Below, in pieces: positions 9,477 to 20,117 of a stretch of 64,000 nucleotides of DNA. Location: NCBI GenBank assembly GCA_049570475.1, contig CP186953.1, forward strand, positions 480,001 to 544,000. Direction: 5' to 3'. The notes beneath the pieces are model-generated. The model made no database searches and had not been told where the DNA came from. It saw only the letters and a list, made by a program, of their open reading frames with translations. The number at the start of each line of letters is the position of its first letter. Position 1 is the stretch's first letter. Position numbers and translations under genes: made by a program. The stretch is from Candidatus Methanosuratincola verstraetei (GTDB lineage Archaea; Thermoproteota; Methanomethylicia; Methanomethylicales; Methanomethylicaceae).

Positions 9477-10154
9477 TCAGGGGCGCCACCCATACCTGCC
9501 ACACAGCGGGACAAAGACACAACCCCCGTATGTCCACTCCTTGAAGTCGCTCCCAGACTTCTCAACGACTATCAGGTCCTGGATTGAATATGCCTCGCCG
9601 ACCGGGATCACCATCCTGCCCCCATCCCTGAGCTGCGATTTAAGCGGGGGCGGTATCCTCGGGGCGGCGGCGGTGACAAGGATTGCGTCATAAGGGGCAG
9701 CATCAGGGTAACCCATTGTCCCGTCACCTTCGATCACAGTGACCCTGTCGGAGTACCCGCAGCGCGCAAGGTTCGACCTGGCGAATTCGACCAGAGAACG
9801 TATGCGCTCTATGGCGAATACGTGGCCGTCTTTGGCACCAGGCTGCCGGGGAGCGACGATCTCGGCACAAACCGCAGCATGGTATCCTGTTCCAGCCCCA
9901 ACTTCGAGAACCATGTGCCCCGGCTTCAAGGACAGCAGCTGGCACATGATCGCGACCATGTGGGGCGCAGAGATTGTCTGACCTTCAAGCGAGGGGAGGG
10001 GGGTGTCCATGTAGGCCTGTTCCCGGAGCTCAGGCATCACAAATTCCTCCCTGGGCACCTTCGACATCGCCTTTATGACTTCAGGCTGAGTCAGCACCCC
10101 CTCTTCAATTAGGCGCCTAATCAGCATCTCTCTCATTTCAGACATGCCCAACAT
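9477..10154 (-). CDS. pcm: Protein-L-isoaspartate O-methyltransferase
   Basis: GQTISAPHMVA, VLEVGAGTGY, APYDAILVTAAA. Confidence 0.96.
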   Translation of the reverse strand: MLGMSEMREMLIRRLIEEGVLTQPEVIKAMSKVPREEFVMPELREQAYMDTPLPSLEGQTISAPHMVAIMCQLLSLKPGHMVLEVGAGTGYHAAVCAEIVAPRQPGAKDGHVFAIERIRSLVEFARSNLARCGYSDRVTVIEGDGTMGYPDAAPYDAILVTAAAPRIPPPLKSQLRDGGRMVIPVGEAYSIQDLIVVEKSGSDFKEWTYGGCVFVPLCGRYGWRP

Positions 10155-10197
10155 GAGACACTTCTAAAGATTTATAGGGGCTAAGCCTAAAAAAGGC

Positions 10198-10635
10198 TTG
10201 GTTGCCATGCGGACCTTGACTTTCTATGCGGAGGGGGACCGCAAGATCACTGCGAGGCACCCCACCACGCTGGAGATTACCAAGGACGAGGTGAAGACCA
10301 AGAAAGGAGACTGTATAGTCGCCACCCGGGCGACCTTGGCCCTTTCGGATCTCCCCGAGGAGATGAAGGAGGCGCTAAGGAGGGATTGCACAGAAGTGGC
10401 GCTGTGGATCGAATCAGGCGGCATATGCGACGTTGTAAAGGGCAGGGGAAGCGCCAGGCTAACACTCGAGAGCAGTACTGAAATGGTGGTCAGGAAGAGC
10501 GGATTTGTATGCGGGCGGACGCTGATGGTCTATTCAGACAAGTCAGCCTCTGAATTGAGGAGGGATCTGGTGGAGAAGATCGCAAGGGATGGATCCAAGA
10601 TCAGGCTGACGATCGAGGTTGTGACCCCTGACTGA
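10198..10635 (+). CDS. DUF371 family protein
   Basis: ARHPTTLEITKD, GDCIV, VVRKS motifs. Confidence 0.85.
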   Translation: MVAMRTLTFYAEGDRKITARHPTTLEITKDEVKTKKGDCIVATRATLALSDLPEEMKEALRRDCTEVALWIESGGICDVVKGRGSARLTLESSTEMVVRKSGFVCGRTLMVYSDKSASELRRDLVEKIARDGSKIRLTIEVVTPD

Positions 10636-10647
10636 CGGGGGCGCATA

Positions 10648-10911
10648 TCACTTTCGGACAATCCTCTTCCGGGGGTTCTCGAGTTTCTTGGTCACATAAT
10701 CCAAAATCAGGTCAGCCCCAGGACCGAAAACCAAGCGAATCTTCTTCTCGAACAAGGATGGGTCCATAATAGACTCTGTGCCGCCGATTTGGAAGATGAC
10801 GGTTGAGGCTAGGGGCTCCCCAAATATGTCCTTAAGCGCGCTCCGGACTATTTCCTCGAAGTCCCTGTTGCGCAGATAAACAGTCACCCTAGACACAAAG
10901 TCGGTTTCCAT
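10648..10911 (-). CDS. Small helical hypothetical protein, resembles DUF3227/NitrOD5-type output domains
   Basis: ALKDIFGE...FEKKIRLVFGPGADLI pattern; directly downstream of a receiver gene. Confidence 0.55.
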   Translation of the reverse strand: METDFVSRVTVYLRNRDFEEIVRSALKDIFGEPLASTVIFQIGGTESIMDPSLFEKKIRLVFGPGADLILDYVTKKLENPRKRIVRK

Positions 10912-10952
10912 AAGCGCATGCCCATCCGAAATGATTCAGCACCCCCAGAATT

Positions 10953-11417
10953 CTATTCCCTTTCACCTTTGGAACCCTCGATCATCTTTATTCGAGACTC
11001 TATGTAAGAGGTAATCTTCTCCTGGGTAAGCCGCTCGTCATCCTCCTGCCGCCTCAACTGATCTTCTATCACCCTCAGCAGTTCTGGGGGCGAGACCGGC
11101 TTTATCAGGTACCCGTCTGCGCCCATGTTCACTGCCCTAATTGCGTTATCAAGCGAAGCATGGCCCGTGACCATTATCTTGCGCATCCGCGGAGTGGTCG
11201 GCTTCAGCTTCACAAGGAGCTGGGTCCCCTCCATGTCTGGGAGGACCACGTCAAGCAGGGCGAGGTTGTAAGGGGTCGACTCGGACAATCGGATCGCTGT
11301 TGCCCCGTCATTAGCAGTATCGACGATGTACCCTTTCTTCGTCAGGAGCGACTTCAAGGTCTCACGGATATCCTCGTCGTCATCAACCACAAGTATCCGC
11401 TTTTTTGACTGCGACAT
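10953..11417 (-). CDS. Response regulator receiver (REC) protein with C-terminal helical tail
   Basis: ILVVDDD, LLD phosphoacceptor, MVTG, YLIKP. Confidence 0.92.
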   Translation of the reverse strand: MSQSKKRILVVDDDEDIRETLKSLLTKKGYIVDTANDGATAIRLSESTPYNLALLDVVLPDMEGTQLLVKLKPTTPRMRKIMVTGHASLDNAIRAVNMGADGYLIKPVSPPELLRVIEDQLRRQEDDERLTQEKITSYIESRIKMIEGSKGERE

Positions 11418-11514
11418 AATGATACACCCTGGGTAAGGGCAAACTACTTACAGCTATTGTATTGAATGCCCTCTAATAAAAATAGCTGTTTCATAGGAGA
11501 CGCCTCTTTCAGTT

Positions 11515-12585
11515 TCAGAGCTGTTTGAATTTGGCATCGATCGATACAATCCATTCCTTTGGGGCGGTCGGCTTGACGACCCTGCAGTTTACCAATTCGT
11601 AATCCCCTACACGAGATGCACTCTCTGCGAACTTTCTGACGGCAGAATCGATCGGAGGGGGACCGGAGAACAGGTAGACATGCGCAACCCCGCCACTCTC
11701 CTTCAGGAACTGTCGTGCGGCGCCCAAAAACTCTATGGACTGGGCGGGAAGGTTCATTATTACTCGGTCTGCAGCCCCATGCAGTTTTGGAGAGATGGCT
11801 GAGGCGTCGCCGCAAATCGGCGTGACTTCACCTTTGAGACGGTTGATGCTCAAATTGTACCGCATCATATTGACTGCATCTGGATTAACGTCAATCGCGA
11901 ATACCTTTGATCTATGCCTCTTCGCGATCATTATGGAAAAAGGCCCTACACCAGCGAACATGTCAACCACTTTTTCGCCTTCCTTGACAAGAGAGGCCAC
12001 GCGGTTCCTCTCAAAGCCCAGCCTTGGAGAGAAGTATGCCTTGGAGAGATCGACCTTTAGCCGGATGCCGTACTCGGAATGGATTGTCTCACGCTTGTCC
12101 TCTCCGGCGAGCAGCTCGAGGACGGGTATTCGGTAAGGTCCGTCGACCTTGCCTGTCTTGATCAAAACTGTTTTGACGCTTTTGTGAAGTCGAAGCAGGG
12201 CCTCTGCTATCTCTTTGCGGTAAGGATCTGCTTCAGGCATGAGGCGCTCAATGACTATTATGTCCCCGACGATGTCGTAAGACTTTGGCAGAGACCTGAG
12301 GGCATCAGGTGGCACCCTCCCCTGAAGGAATTCTTTAACACTCTTTGGGCATGAGGGCGAAATCTCGGGGAGGGTCCTTGGATTCACTAAGACCTCTCCG
12401 GCTTTGGAGATCCTTTCGATCTCGTCCGGTTCAGGGCGCCTGGTGACTGGGAAGTAGATGAAGCCCCCCTCAGAGATTACCCTCCTAGTCCTGTCGAGCA
12501 GACCGAGTGCCACAATTGCACGCCTGACCGCCTCTCCCTTCCCTCTTTCAGCCCTTATGCAGAAATGATTTTCAGGGTGGCTCAT
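11515..12585 (-). CDS. trm5: tRNA (guanine37-N1)-methyltransferase Trm5 family
   Basis: SYDIVGDI, AYFSPRL, DMFAGVGPF, DRVIMNLP. Confidence 0.9.
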   Translation of the reverse strand: MSHPENHFCIRAERGKGEAVRRAIVALGLLDRTRRVISEGGFIYFPVTRRPEPDEIERISKAGEVLVNPRTLPEISPSCPKSVKEFLQGRVPPDALRSLPKSYDIVGDIIVIERLMPEADPYRKEIAEALLRLHKSVKTVLIKTGKVDGPYRIPVLELLAGEDKRETIHSEYGIRLKVDLSKAYFSPRLGFERNRVASLVKEGEKVVDMFAGVGPFSIMIAKRHRSKVFAIDVNPDAVNMMRYNLSINRLKGEVTPICGDASAISPKLHGAADRVIMNLPAQSIEFLGAARQFLKESGGVAHVYLFSGPPPIDSAVRKFAESASRVGDYELVNCRVVKPTAPKEWIVSIDAKFKQL

Positions 12586-12713
12586 CTTGTTCCAGAGTGA
12601 TATTTGGAATGCGGGATATATATCATCTCCAACGGAATGCGCGGAATCCTTTTTCAGAAACTTCATTAGCCCCAACATGAGATATCTCAGGTCAACACTG
12701 AAGGTGCATTTGA

Positions 12714-13577
12714 ATGGTGCCAAACCCCATCAGGGCTGGTTTGCTCAGGCTCAGGAGGTGGCATGAGGTGGTGCCCCTTCCCAGCGAGATCGTCATAGAG
12801 CCGACAACCAGGTGCGATCTCGAGTGCCCAACCTGCCTGCACAGGGCCCTCCCGAGCGCAAGAAAGGGGAGGGCGATGAGCTTTGATGATTTCAAGAGGA
12901 TCCTAGAAGGGATACCAACTCTCGAGCAGGTGGTCATGAGCGGGTTGGGCGAGCCCCTTCAGAACCGAGAAGTGCATAGGATGTGCACCGAGGCACATCT
13001 GAGGGGCTTGAGGACGAAATTGGTCACTAATGGCATGAAAGTCAGCGAGGAGAATGCGTATGACATACTCTTCTCTTTTGACTTCATTGAGATCTCATTC
13101 AATGCTGCCACTATCCCAGCCATCGACATTCTGCTCGCCGAGCAACCGTCGCTTGGAACCGAAGGCAGGCTAACCGTCTCAGTCCTCGGGACCCCTGAGA
13201 ATCTAAGAGTCTTCCCTGCGATCCAGTCCACGTTAGCAAGGAAGGGGATCAGGTGCAGGATTACGCCTCTAGAGAACTGGTGGTCAGAGGGCGACCCTTC
13301 ATACCAGCAAGTTAGGGAGATGATGCTCCAGATCGGGCAGGGGATCGTGAAGAAGAGGTTCGGGGGGTGCCGCTGGCCTTTCACCAGTGCGTTCATATCA
13401 TGCGACGGGGAGGTCACTCCATGCACTTCGAGGATGGACCCGAGAAGGATCACCTTCGGCAATGCCCTCGAGACACCCTTCTGGGCAATATGGGACTCGG
13501 AACCATACAGATCTTTCAGGAGGGATCACTTGCGCGGGATATGCAACAGGATCTGCCAAGGGTGCCCGCTGGAATGA
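12714..13577 (+). CDS. Radical SAM protein with SPASM/twitch domain
   Basis: CDLECPTC (CxxxCxxC), GLGEP, C-terminal CRWPF...DGEVTPC...ICQGC. Confidence 0.85.
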   Translation: MVPNPIRAGLLRLRRWHEVVPLPSEIVIEPTTRCDLECPTCLHRALPSARKGRAMSFDDFKRILEGIPTLEQVVMSGLGEPLQNREVHRMCTEAHLRGLRTKLVTNGMKVSEENAYDILFSFDFIEISFNAATIPAIDILLAEQPSLGTEGRLTVSVLGTPENLRVFPAIQSTLARKGIRCRITPLENWWSEGDPSYQQVREMMLQIGQGIVKKRFGGCRWPFTSAFISCDGEVTPCTSRMDPRRITFGNALETPFWAIWDSEPYRSFRRDHLRGICNRICQGCPLE

Positions 13578-13641
13578 CCATTTGAAGTAAACGCTCCGGA
13601 TCGGCGCTGTTGAACCGTTGGGCGGTCCACGAGGCTTTTAA

Positions 13642-13719
13642 TGGCGGGTTCGGGGGGATTCGAACCCCCGACCTACGACTTAGGAGGCCGCCGCGCTGTC
13701 CAGTCTGCGCCACGAACCC
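13642..13719 (-). tRNA. tRNA-Arg(CCT), intronless, CCA encoded
   Basis: Cloverleaf folded by hand: GGGTTCG/CGAACCC acceptor stem, CTCCTAA anticodon loop, TTCGAAT T loop; TATA box upstream at ~13746-13752. Confidence 0.95.
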
Positions 13720-13746
13720 TTGGGTAAAGGAATGAAAGGGCTTCAT

Positions 13747-14391
13747 TTATATTTTTGTCGGGGGGGAGCCCAGGATCTTGGAAACCAAATAACCCCCCAG
13801 ATCGAAGCATTTTGAAGCCCTTGCGATCACCACAGAGTCGCTCGTCGCCACTACATCGCCGCAGGCGAGGATCTCAGAATCGGGCCGCATCGACGTCTTC
13901 GATGCGCCAGGCACCCCTTTGGCGCCCATCAACTCCTCAGTCTTTTTTGAGAGATCCCCGCTGCGGCTGACAGGGCGGTCATAGACAAAAATGGCGAAGC
14001 TTGTCCGCAAGTCGCATATGCATGGTATCACCAACCCAAGGCACTCCACCAGATCTCCGAACTTCGGCTTACTCAGACCAGTCGAGATGTCCCTGACGAA
14101 CCCGTCGTCGCAGAGGTAGAGGGGTCGCCCATGCAATGCGGCGTATACAGTCCGGAGGATGTTGAACCCATCTACGGAGATGGTTGCACCCCGGAGATCC
14201 TCGGCAGGGACAAGCTTTCGCAAGTGGACCTCTGCGACATCCTCCGGGTAAACGCACCGGAACAGAGCAAGCCGATCCGTCCTGCACAGGCGATACCTGT
14301 CCGCAACGAACCTCACGGCCGAAGAACGCTTGTATCCCTTCGAGAGGAGGATCCTCAAATCGACCGCAGCATCCCGCAAAGCGTCAGGCAT
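13747..14391 (-). CDS. DUF434 domain protein (PIN/NYN-like)
   Basis: LLSKGY...FVADRYRL, VDGFN, DGFVRD, ATSDS. Confidence 0.85.
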   Translation of the reverse strand: MPDALRDAAVDLRILLSKGYKRSSAVRFVADRYRLCRTDRLALFRCVYPEDVAEVHLRKLVPAEDLRGATISVDGFNILRTVYAALHGRPLYLCDDGFVRDISTGLSKPKFGDLVECLGLVIPCICDLRTSFAIFVYDRPVSRSGDLSKKTEELMGAKGVPGASKTSMRPDSEILACGDVVATSDSVVIARASKCFDLGGYLVSKILGSPPTKI

Positions 14392-14412
14392 CCCATTTCC
14401 TCTACTCCAAGC

Positions 14413-17301
14413 CTACTCAATGTATATTGCAGGTCGAAGGGGTGCAGCTTGCCCCGCCTTGCCCTTGGGATCGTACCTCGGCGAGTCCGCGCTCTGCACC
14501 TCGACCTTGCACTTGAAGTACTCCGAAAGGAAGCCAACGCATTCCCCGATGAAAGTAACCTCATCAACCCCAGAGTTCCTAAGGATCTTTTTCCGATCCT
14601 CCTTGGGCAAGGTTATGGCGCAGGAGGAGATGGCATTGATGAATTTTGCGGCCTCGCCGCTCCTCTTCCTTATCTCCGGGTCCTTCATCAGCTCTCTTAT
14701 GAGTGCCTTTGGGTCAACCCCAGAATCCAACGCCGAGAGGGCTTTGAGGTATATCTCCCACTTCCACTTTGGCGAGGTATAGTAGCATATTCGGGTTGGG
14801 GAGATGCCGGTCACGCGGATGATCTCGGCAGTGTCGCAGACCAAGGATTTCAAAAGATCCTCCGCTATCTCGTCCTTCTCTGATATGAGCGACTGATCGG
14901 CTGACGGGTATGGAGCTACTGAAACAAACCCCTGCCTCCCGAACCGCTCCCAGATCTCCTCGCATATGTGCGGGGCGAATGGCGCCATCAACTTCACGAT
15001 CGCCTCGAGGACGTACTTAACGATCGACCTGGTCTTCGGGTCGCTGCAGCGGTCGGCACGGCGCCGCATGTACCACTGCAGATCCTGCTGGAGCATGTAG
15101 AACGCGCAGTGTATCGCCTCCCTCATCCTGAGGGACTGCATCAAGGAGTCCGCTTGGGACACCACCCGCTGGACCCTGCTGATCATCCATTTGTCGAGGT
15201 GGTCTGCGGAGGAAATATCTGGCGAGCCGGCATCGGCATACGAGCAGCAGAGGTCGTAGAATTCCAAGAGCTTGGATCGGACGCTCCTAGCTTGGGAGTC
15301 GCTGAAGTCTGCGTCCTGCAGGAGCTCCGAGGCCGAGAGTATCGAGGTCCTAAGCGTGTCGGCTCCGTAGATCCTTATCGCCTTATGGAGCGGGATGATA
15401 TTGCCAAGGGACTTTGACATCTTCTTTCCGTCCATAAGCACGCTGCCGTTGACGGCTATCTGCCTTGGCCAATGCTGCTCCGGGAATATGGCGACATGGT
15501 TGAAGATGAAGAAGGTCAAGTGGTTCGGGACGAGATCCCTGCCCGAGTGCCGGCTGTCCAAGGGATAGAAGTAATTGAACTCATTGCGCATCTCCTCCAA
15601 GACGTCCCTCTCGATAGGAAGGGCGGACGGGTCTCCCCTCCCGTAGAAGATGTAGTCGAAGACTTCATCCGTGAGGGCGGACGGGTCCACTTTGCGTTCG
15701 TTGATTACCTTCGATATCGTGTAGAACGCCATATAGATCGTCGAGTCTGAGAGGCTTTCAATCACCCATTCTCTGTCCCATGGCAACCTCGTGCCAAGCC
15801 CGGCCCTCCTCGCGCAGGCTTTCTCCTTCAGCCATTCCACAACGTTCTCGAACTCCTGCCGGAGGTCGTCGGGTACAAGGGACATAGACTTCAGGTGCTT
15901 CCTCACCTTTTCTTTCCAGGCCTCGTCAGCATAGTTGATGAACCACTGATCCTCAACAAGATTGACGGTGACCTCGGCGCCGCACCTGCAGTAGACGGGC
16001 CCGTTGATTATTTCGTAGAAGGGAAAGGCCCTTTTGCTGGAGACAAGATCCTGCTTTATCCTGTCCTTTGCCTTGCTGACCGGCATGCCAGCATACTCCC
16101 CGGTAGTCGGCAGCATCCTAGCAAGGTGGAACTCCTTCTGGTAGAGCTCCTTAGTGGCGATCTCGCCCTTCGGATCACGCTGGTCCTTGACGCCAAGCCT
16201 CTTCACGACATCCTCAGCCGGAACGGTTGAGAACCCTTCGAGCGCGACGACTGGGATCGGCTCTATGGCGGCAATCTCACGCTGATCAAGGCCATATGAT
16301 CGGATCGCATCGGCATTTGACTTAAGTTCCCGGAGGGCGAGCAGGTCATAGGGCGCATGTGCAGGCACTGACATCACCACCCCGGTGGCGTTGTTGGGAT
16401 CCACAAACTCGGCGGGGAGCACTGGCACGTCAGCGCCCGTAACTGGGTTCGCCGCATGCCTGCCCACCAACTCAGATCCAGGGAGATCCCTTATGCGTTC
16501 AACCTTCGGCATCATCCCCTTGAGCTTTTGGAGGGCCCTTTCGCTGACTATCATGCGCTCCCCGTCAACATTGACCTCCACATACTTGGCGTTCGGATTT
16601 ATCCAAATATTGGTCACGCCGAAGATGGTTTCGGGGCGGAGTGTAGCGACAGGTAAGCTAATGTCGCCCATCCTGAATTTTATAGCCACGAACTCAACTA
16701 CCTCTGGCTCCAGATCACCTTTAGTGTCATGCTGCCCCACCGGACTCATGCAGGAAGGGCACCAGCCGACGGGGTGAGCCCCTTTTGTGATAAGGCCGGC
16801 TGAGAGGAGCTTTCTGAACTGCCATTCGATGAATTTGGAGTATGCCGGGTCAATTGTGGTGAATTCCCGCCTCCAGTCGATCGAGAAGCCCATCGCCTGC
16901 ATGCCGAGCTTTATGTCCCGGTGGAAGTACCTGGCTATGTTCAGTGGATCCTTGAATGATTCTATCGAGCCCGGGTCTACCCCATAAAGTCGCAGGAAGA
17001 CATCTATCAGCTCGGAGTCGTTTGCGGACACTCTCTTGCTCATCGCAAGTATCGGGGTGCCGGTGTAGTGGAAAGCCATCGGCAGCAGCGTGTTATATCC
17101 TTTCATGCGCATGTACCTGGCGTGCGCATCAGCCAATGTGTAGGTCCTCGCGTGCCCTATATGCTGGGGCGAGTTAGGGTAAGGGTATGCGACGGTGACG
17201 TAATATTTCGGCTTCTTTGGGTCAGGATCGGCCTCGAATATCTTGGCCTCGCTCCAGCGTCTCTGCCACTTATCCTCAAGACTCTTGAGATCGAGGGACA
17301 T
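14413..17301 (-). CDS. leuS: Leucyl-tRNA synthetase
   Basis: HIGH and KMSKS motifs, editing domain ATLRPET, C-terminal PLRPAIYIE. Confidence 0.97.
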   Translation of the reverse strand: MSLDLKSLEDKWQRRWSEAKIFEADPDPKKPKYYVTVAYPYPNSPQHIGHARTYTLADAHARYMRMKGYNTLLPMAFHYTGTPILAMSKRVSANDSELIDVFLRLYGVDPGSIESFKDPLNIARYFHRDIKLGMQAMGFSIDWRREFTTIDPAYSKFIEWQFRKLLSAGLITKGAHPVGWCPSCMSPVGQHDTKGDLEPEVVEFVAIKFRMGDISLPVATLRPETIFGVTNIWINPNAKYVEVNVDGERMIVSERALQKLKGMMPKVERIRDLPGSELVGRHAANPVTGADVPVLPAEFVDPNNATGVVMSVPAHAPYDLLALRELKSNADAIRSYGLDQREIAAIEPIPVVALEGFSTVPAEDVVKRLGVKDQRDPKGEIATKELYQKEFHLARMLPTTGEYAGMPVSKAKDRIKQDLVSSKRAFPFYEIINGPVYCRCGAEVTVNLVEDQWFINYADEAWKEKVRKHLKSMSLVPDDLRQEFENVVEWLKEKACARRAGLGTRLPWDREWVIESLSDSTIYMAFYTISKVINERKVDPSALTDEVFDYIFYGRGDPSALPIERDVLEEMRNEFNYFYPLDSRHSGRDLVPNHLTFFIFNHVAIFPEQHWPRQIAVNGSVLMDGKKMSKSLGNIIPLHKAIRIYGADTLRTSILSASELLQDADFSDSQARSVRSKLLEFYDLCCSYADAGSPDISSADHLDKWMISRVQRVVSQADSLMQSLRMREAIHCAFYMLQQDLQWYMRRRADRCSDPKTRSIVKYVLEAIVKLMAPFAPHICEEIWERFGRQGFVSVAPYPSADQSLISEKDEIAEDLLKSLVCDTAEIIRVTGISPTRICYYTSPKWKWEIYLKALSALDSGVDPKALIRELMKDPEIRKRSGEAAKFINAISSCAITLPKEDRKKILRNSGVDEVTFIGECVGFLSEYFKCKVEVQSADSPRYDPKGKAGQAAPLRPAIYIE

Positions 17302-17348
17302 GAAACCATCTCCAGCTCATTTGAAGCCATCCAATCGGAAAGGACAGA

Positions 17349-20117
17349 TCAACTAATTGCCTTAAGGATGCCCTTAAGCCTTACCGCAGCACTCTCGAAG
17401 TCGCCCAGGGAAGACAGGGGGACCCGCCCCTGACCTAGGTCCTGCTTCCCCCCTCCCTTGCCTGACATAGACTTTGCTAGCTCGGCGGCTATCCTCCCTG
17501 CATCTGCACCCGACTTTATGGCAGAGTCGCCTGCCATCACTAGCACCCCCCCATCGATCGAGGAGGCGAAAAACGCAACTGCGTTGGGGTCTTTGGCCAC
17601 AAGGGCTGATCCGATCGCAAGCAGATCCTCGCTACGGAGGGTGCCAAAAAGGCGGCAGTACAACCTGAGGCGGCTCAACTCCTCAGCTGAAGGCACGAGG
17701 GAAGGCAAGATCTCGGCTGCCAGGGCCTTCCTGAGGCGCTCGATTGTCTTCTTTGAGTCGGAGAGGGATGACATAAGCCCCTCAGCAGACTTCTCCAGCC
17801 TGTCGGCAGGCGTGTTCAGGATTGCGGATATGCGATCGATCCGAGACTCAAGGCCCTGCACGTATGCAAGCGCAGCCGGCCCTGAAGCGAACTCGATCCG
17901 CTCTACCCCGTCCTGTATCCTCTCTGCCCGTATTATCTTCAGGAATCCTATCTCGCCAGTATTCGAGCAGTGCATCCCGCCGCACGCCTCGACGTCCCAA
18001 CCATCCACCTCCACGACCCTTATCGTCGGTCCATAGACGACCCCGCCCTGGTAGAGGCGCATCCCGAATTTTTGCTCGGCCTTGTTCCGCTCCTCGAAGT
18101 ATGCTCTTATTGGGCGGCACTCCTCTATAACTCGGTTTGCAACCGACTCTATCTCGCGGAGCTGCTCGGCGGTTATCTTCTCGAAGTGCGAGATGTCCAG
18201 CCGGCTCCTCTCTACGTACTTCTGCGCACCCTCCTGCCAGACGTGATCCCCAAGGACTTTCCTCGCAGCGCCTAGCAGTATATGCGTGGAAGAGTGATGC
18301 CTCTGCAAGCTCGCCCTCCTTTCCCAGTCCACCTCGCACTCGACTTCGTCCCCAGGAGCCAAGACGCCCCCGTTCTCGACCAAGTGGACGACGATCCCCC
18401 TCGACTTCAGCGCCTTCTTTACTTGGACAATCGAGCCTCCCCTTCTCATTGTCCCAGCATCACTCAGCTGCCCACCGCCCTCCGGGTAGAATATCGTCCT
18501 GTCAAGGACGACTCTGCCTGGATCTGCATACACGACCTTGCAGCGCAGCTTTTTCAGCCCAGGCTGCTCGTAATAGACGAGTTTGGTCTCGGGCAGCGCC
18601 GGAAGGCCCTCAAACGGGCGGCTATCATCACCACGATCTTCGCCCTTCGGGGGGCCCGCTTTTGAGGCGCCTGCATGCCTCTCCGCCACTATTGTGTCGA
18701 ATGTGTCCGGGATCTCCACAGATATGCCCTGCGCCTCGCAGATCTCCTTCACGACCTCTGGAGGCAGGCCGTTCGAGTCGTAGAGCTCTATCAGCTTCTC
18801 AACAGGCAGCCTCTTGGTCTCTCTGATCCCCTTGAGGTTGAGCAGCCTCCCGACGAGTGCCTTGCCCTGATCGATTGTCCTCTCGTATCGCTCCAGCTCG
18901 AGGTCGCAGACCTTCTTAATGTAGTCCGCGCGCTCTGAGAGCTCTGGGAACTGCCCCCTCCAGTGATCCACCTGCATTAGAAGGAGGTCAGAAAGGCTGG
19001 ACCTGATTCCTAGCGACTGCATGATCCTGTGCGTGCGCCTGATCAGCAGCCTTGCCAGGTATCCGGCCTTGACATTCGAGGGCACAATGCCGTCGCCCAG
19101 CATGAACGCAAGGGTCTTCGTGTGGTCGAGGACTGCCATCGCTTTCTCGAGCGGGGAGAGAATCCTCTCCAAGGAGTCTGGGTCCGTGCCGATCTTCTCG
19201 GCTACCTTAGCACGAGTGGCGCGCAGCGATCCTGTATCAACAATGTTCATCAAGCCGGCGTACTTCGTGCTCTCAGCGAGTATCTCCCCTTCGGGCATCT
19301 CCACACCGGCTATCGAGAGAAGATCGCTGAAAAGCTTCCCGTAAACTGCCTGGAACGCAGTAGGGGTTCCCTGGGAGATCCATGTGAAGCGCTCAAGCCC
19401 GTATCCAGTGTCGACTATCCTGATCGGGAGCTCACGGTATTCGCCCCCAACTTTCCTGTATTGCATGAATACCAAGGTGGAAAGCTCTATACCCCTCACA
19501 ATCCCCTCAAGGTCTGGTCCGGCGTCGCCACCACCCTCCCACCAGTGTTCTATGTAGGATATCTCCTCCCCAGCTATACCCAGCTCTTTGGTGAGAAACT
19601 CGTGGTGGTACTTCACGGTCTCTTCTTTCCAGTAGACCTCATTCTGATCGCTCGAAAAAGCATGGTGGGCCATCATCTCGAAGACGCTCATGTGTCGCCC
19701 TCCGGTCTTCCCCACGTTGTCCAAGTCGTTCATCCTTATGCACGGCTGTGAGATGGCAAGGGGGTTGAAGGGGGGCGGAACCTCCCCGCTTGTGACATGG
19801 GGCTGGAAGCATGCGATCGAGGCGATTGTCAGGAATATGTCTTCTCTCCACCTGGCGACAACTGGATAGCGCCTAACCCTTGCGTGCCCATTCCTCTCGA
19901 AGAAGGAGAGGAAAGCCTCGCGCATCTCCCCAATGCTGTACGCCTTTTTGGTTGGCGGTTCGCCTATGAAGGAATAGGGCGTGCACGGAGAATCCCCGCA
20001 GATCTCCCTGTCTGGATCAATGGTCCAGAAATTTCGCCCGCAAGATTTGCATGTCTTCCTCAGGAAACCGTTCTCCTTGAAGAATTCTAGCCTGTAGGCC
20101 TCAGGTCCGGATATCAT
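17349..20117 (-). CDS. alaS: Alanyl-tRNA synthetase
   Basis: RYPVVARWR, DTGYGLER, editing HxxxH and ACGGMHC. Confidence 0.97.
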   Translation of the reverse strand: MISGPEAYRLEFFKENGFLRKTCKSCGRNFWTIDPDREICGDSPCTPYSFIGEPPTKKAYSIGEMREAFLSFFERNGHARVRRYPVVARWREDIFLTIASIACFQPHVTSGEVPPPFNPLAISQPCIRMNDLDNVGKTGGRHMSVFEMMAHHAFSSDQNEVYWKEETVKYHHEFLTKELGIAGEEISYIEHWWEGGGDAGPDLEGIVRGIELSTLVFMQYRKVGGEYRELPIRIVDTGYGLERFTWISQGTPTAFQAVYGKLFSDLLSIAGVEMPEGEILAESTKYAGLMNIVDTGSLRATRAKVAEKIGTDPDSLERILSPLEKAMAVLDHTKTLAFMLGDGIVPSNVKAGYLARLLIRRTHRIMQSLGIRSSLSDLLLMQVDHWRGQFPELSERADYIKKVCDLELERYERTIDQGKALVGRLLNLKGIRETKRLPVEKLIELYDSNGLPPEVVKEICEAQGISVEIPDTFDTIVAERHAGASKAGPPKGEDRGDDSRPFEGLPALPETKLVYYEQPGLKKLRCKVVYADPGRVVLDRTIFYPEGGGQLSDAGTMRRGGSIVQVKKALKSRGIVVHLVENGGVLAPGDEVECEVDWERRASLQRHHSSTHILLGAARKVLGDHVWQEGAQKYVERSRLDISHFEKITAEQLREIESVANRVIEECRPIRAYFEERNKAEQKFGMRLYQGGVVYGPTIRVVEVDGWDVEACGGMHCSNTGEIGFLKIIRAERIQDGVERIEFASGPAALAYVQGLESRIDRISAILNTPADRLEKSAEGLMSSLSDSKKTIERLRKALAAEILPSLVPSAEELSRLRLYCRLFGTLRSEDLLAIGSALVAKDPNAVAFFASSIDGGVLVMAGDSAIKSGADAGRIAAELAKSMSGKGGGKQDLGQGRVPLSSLGDFESAAVRLKGILKAIS

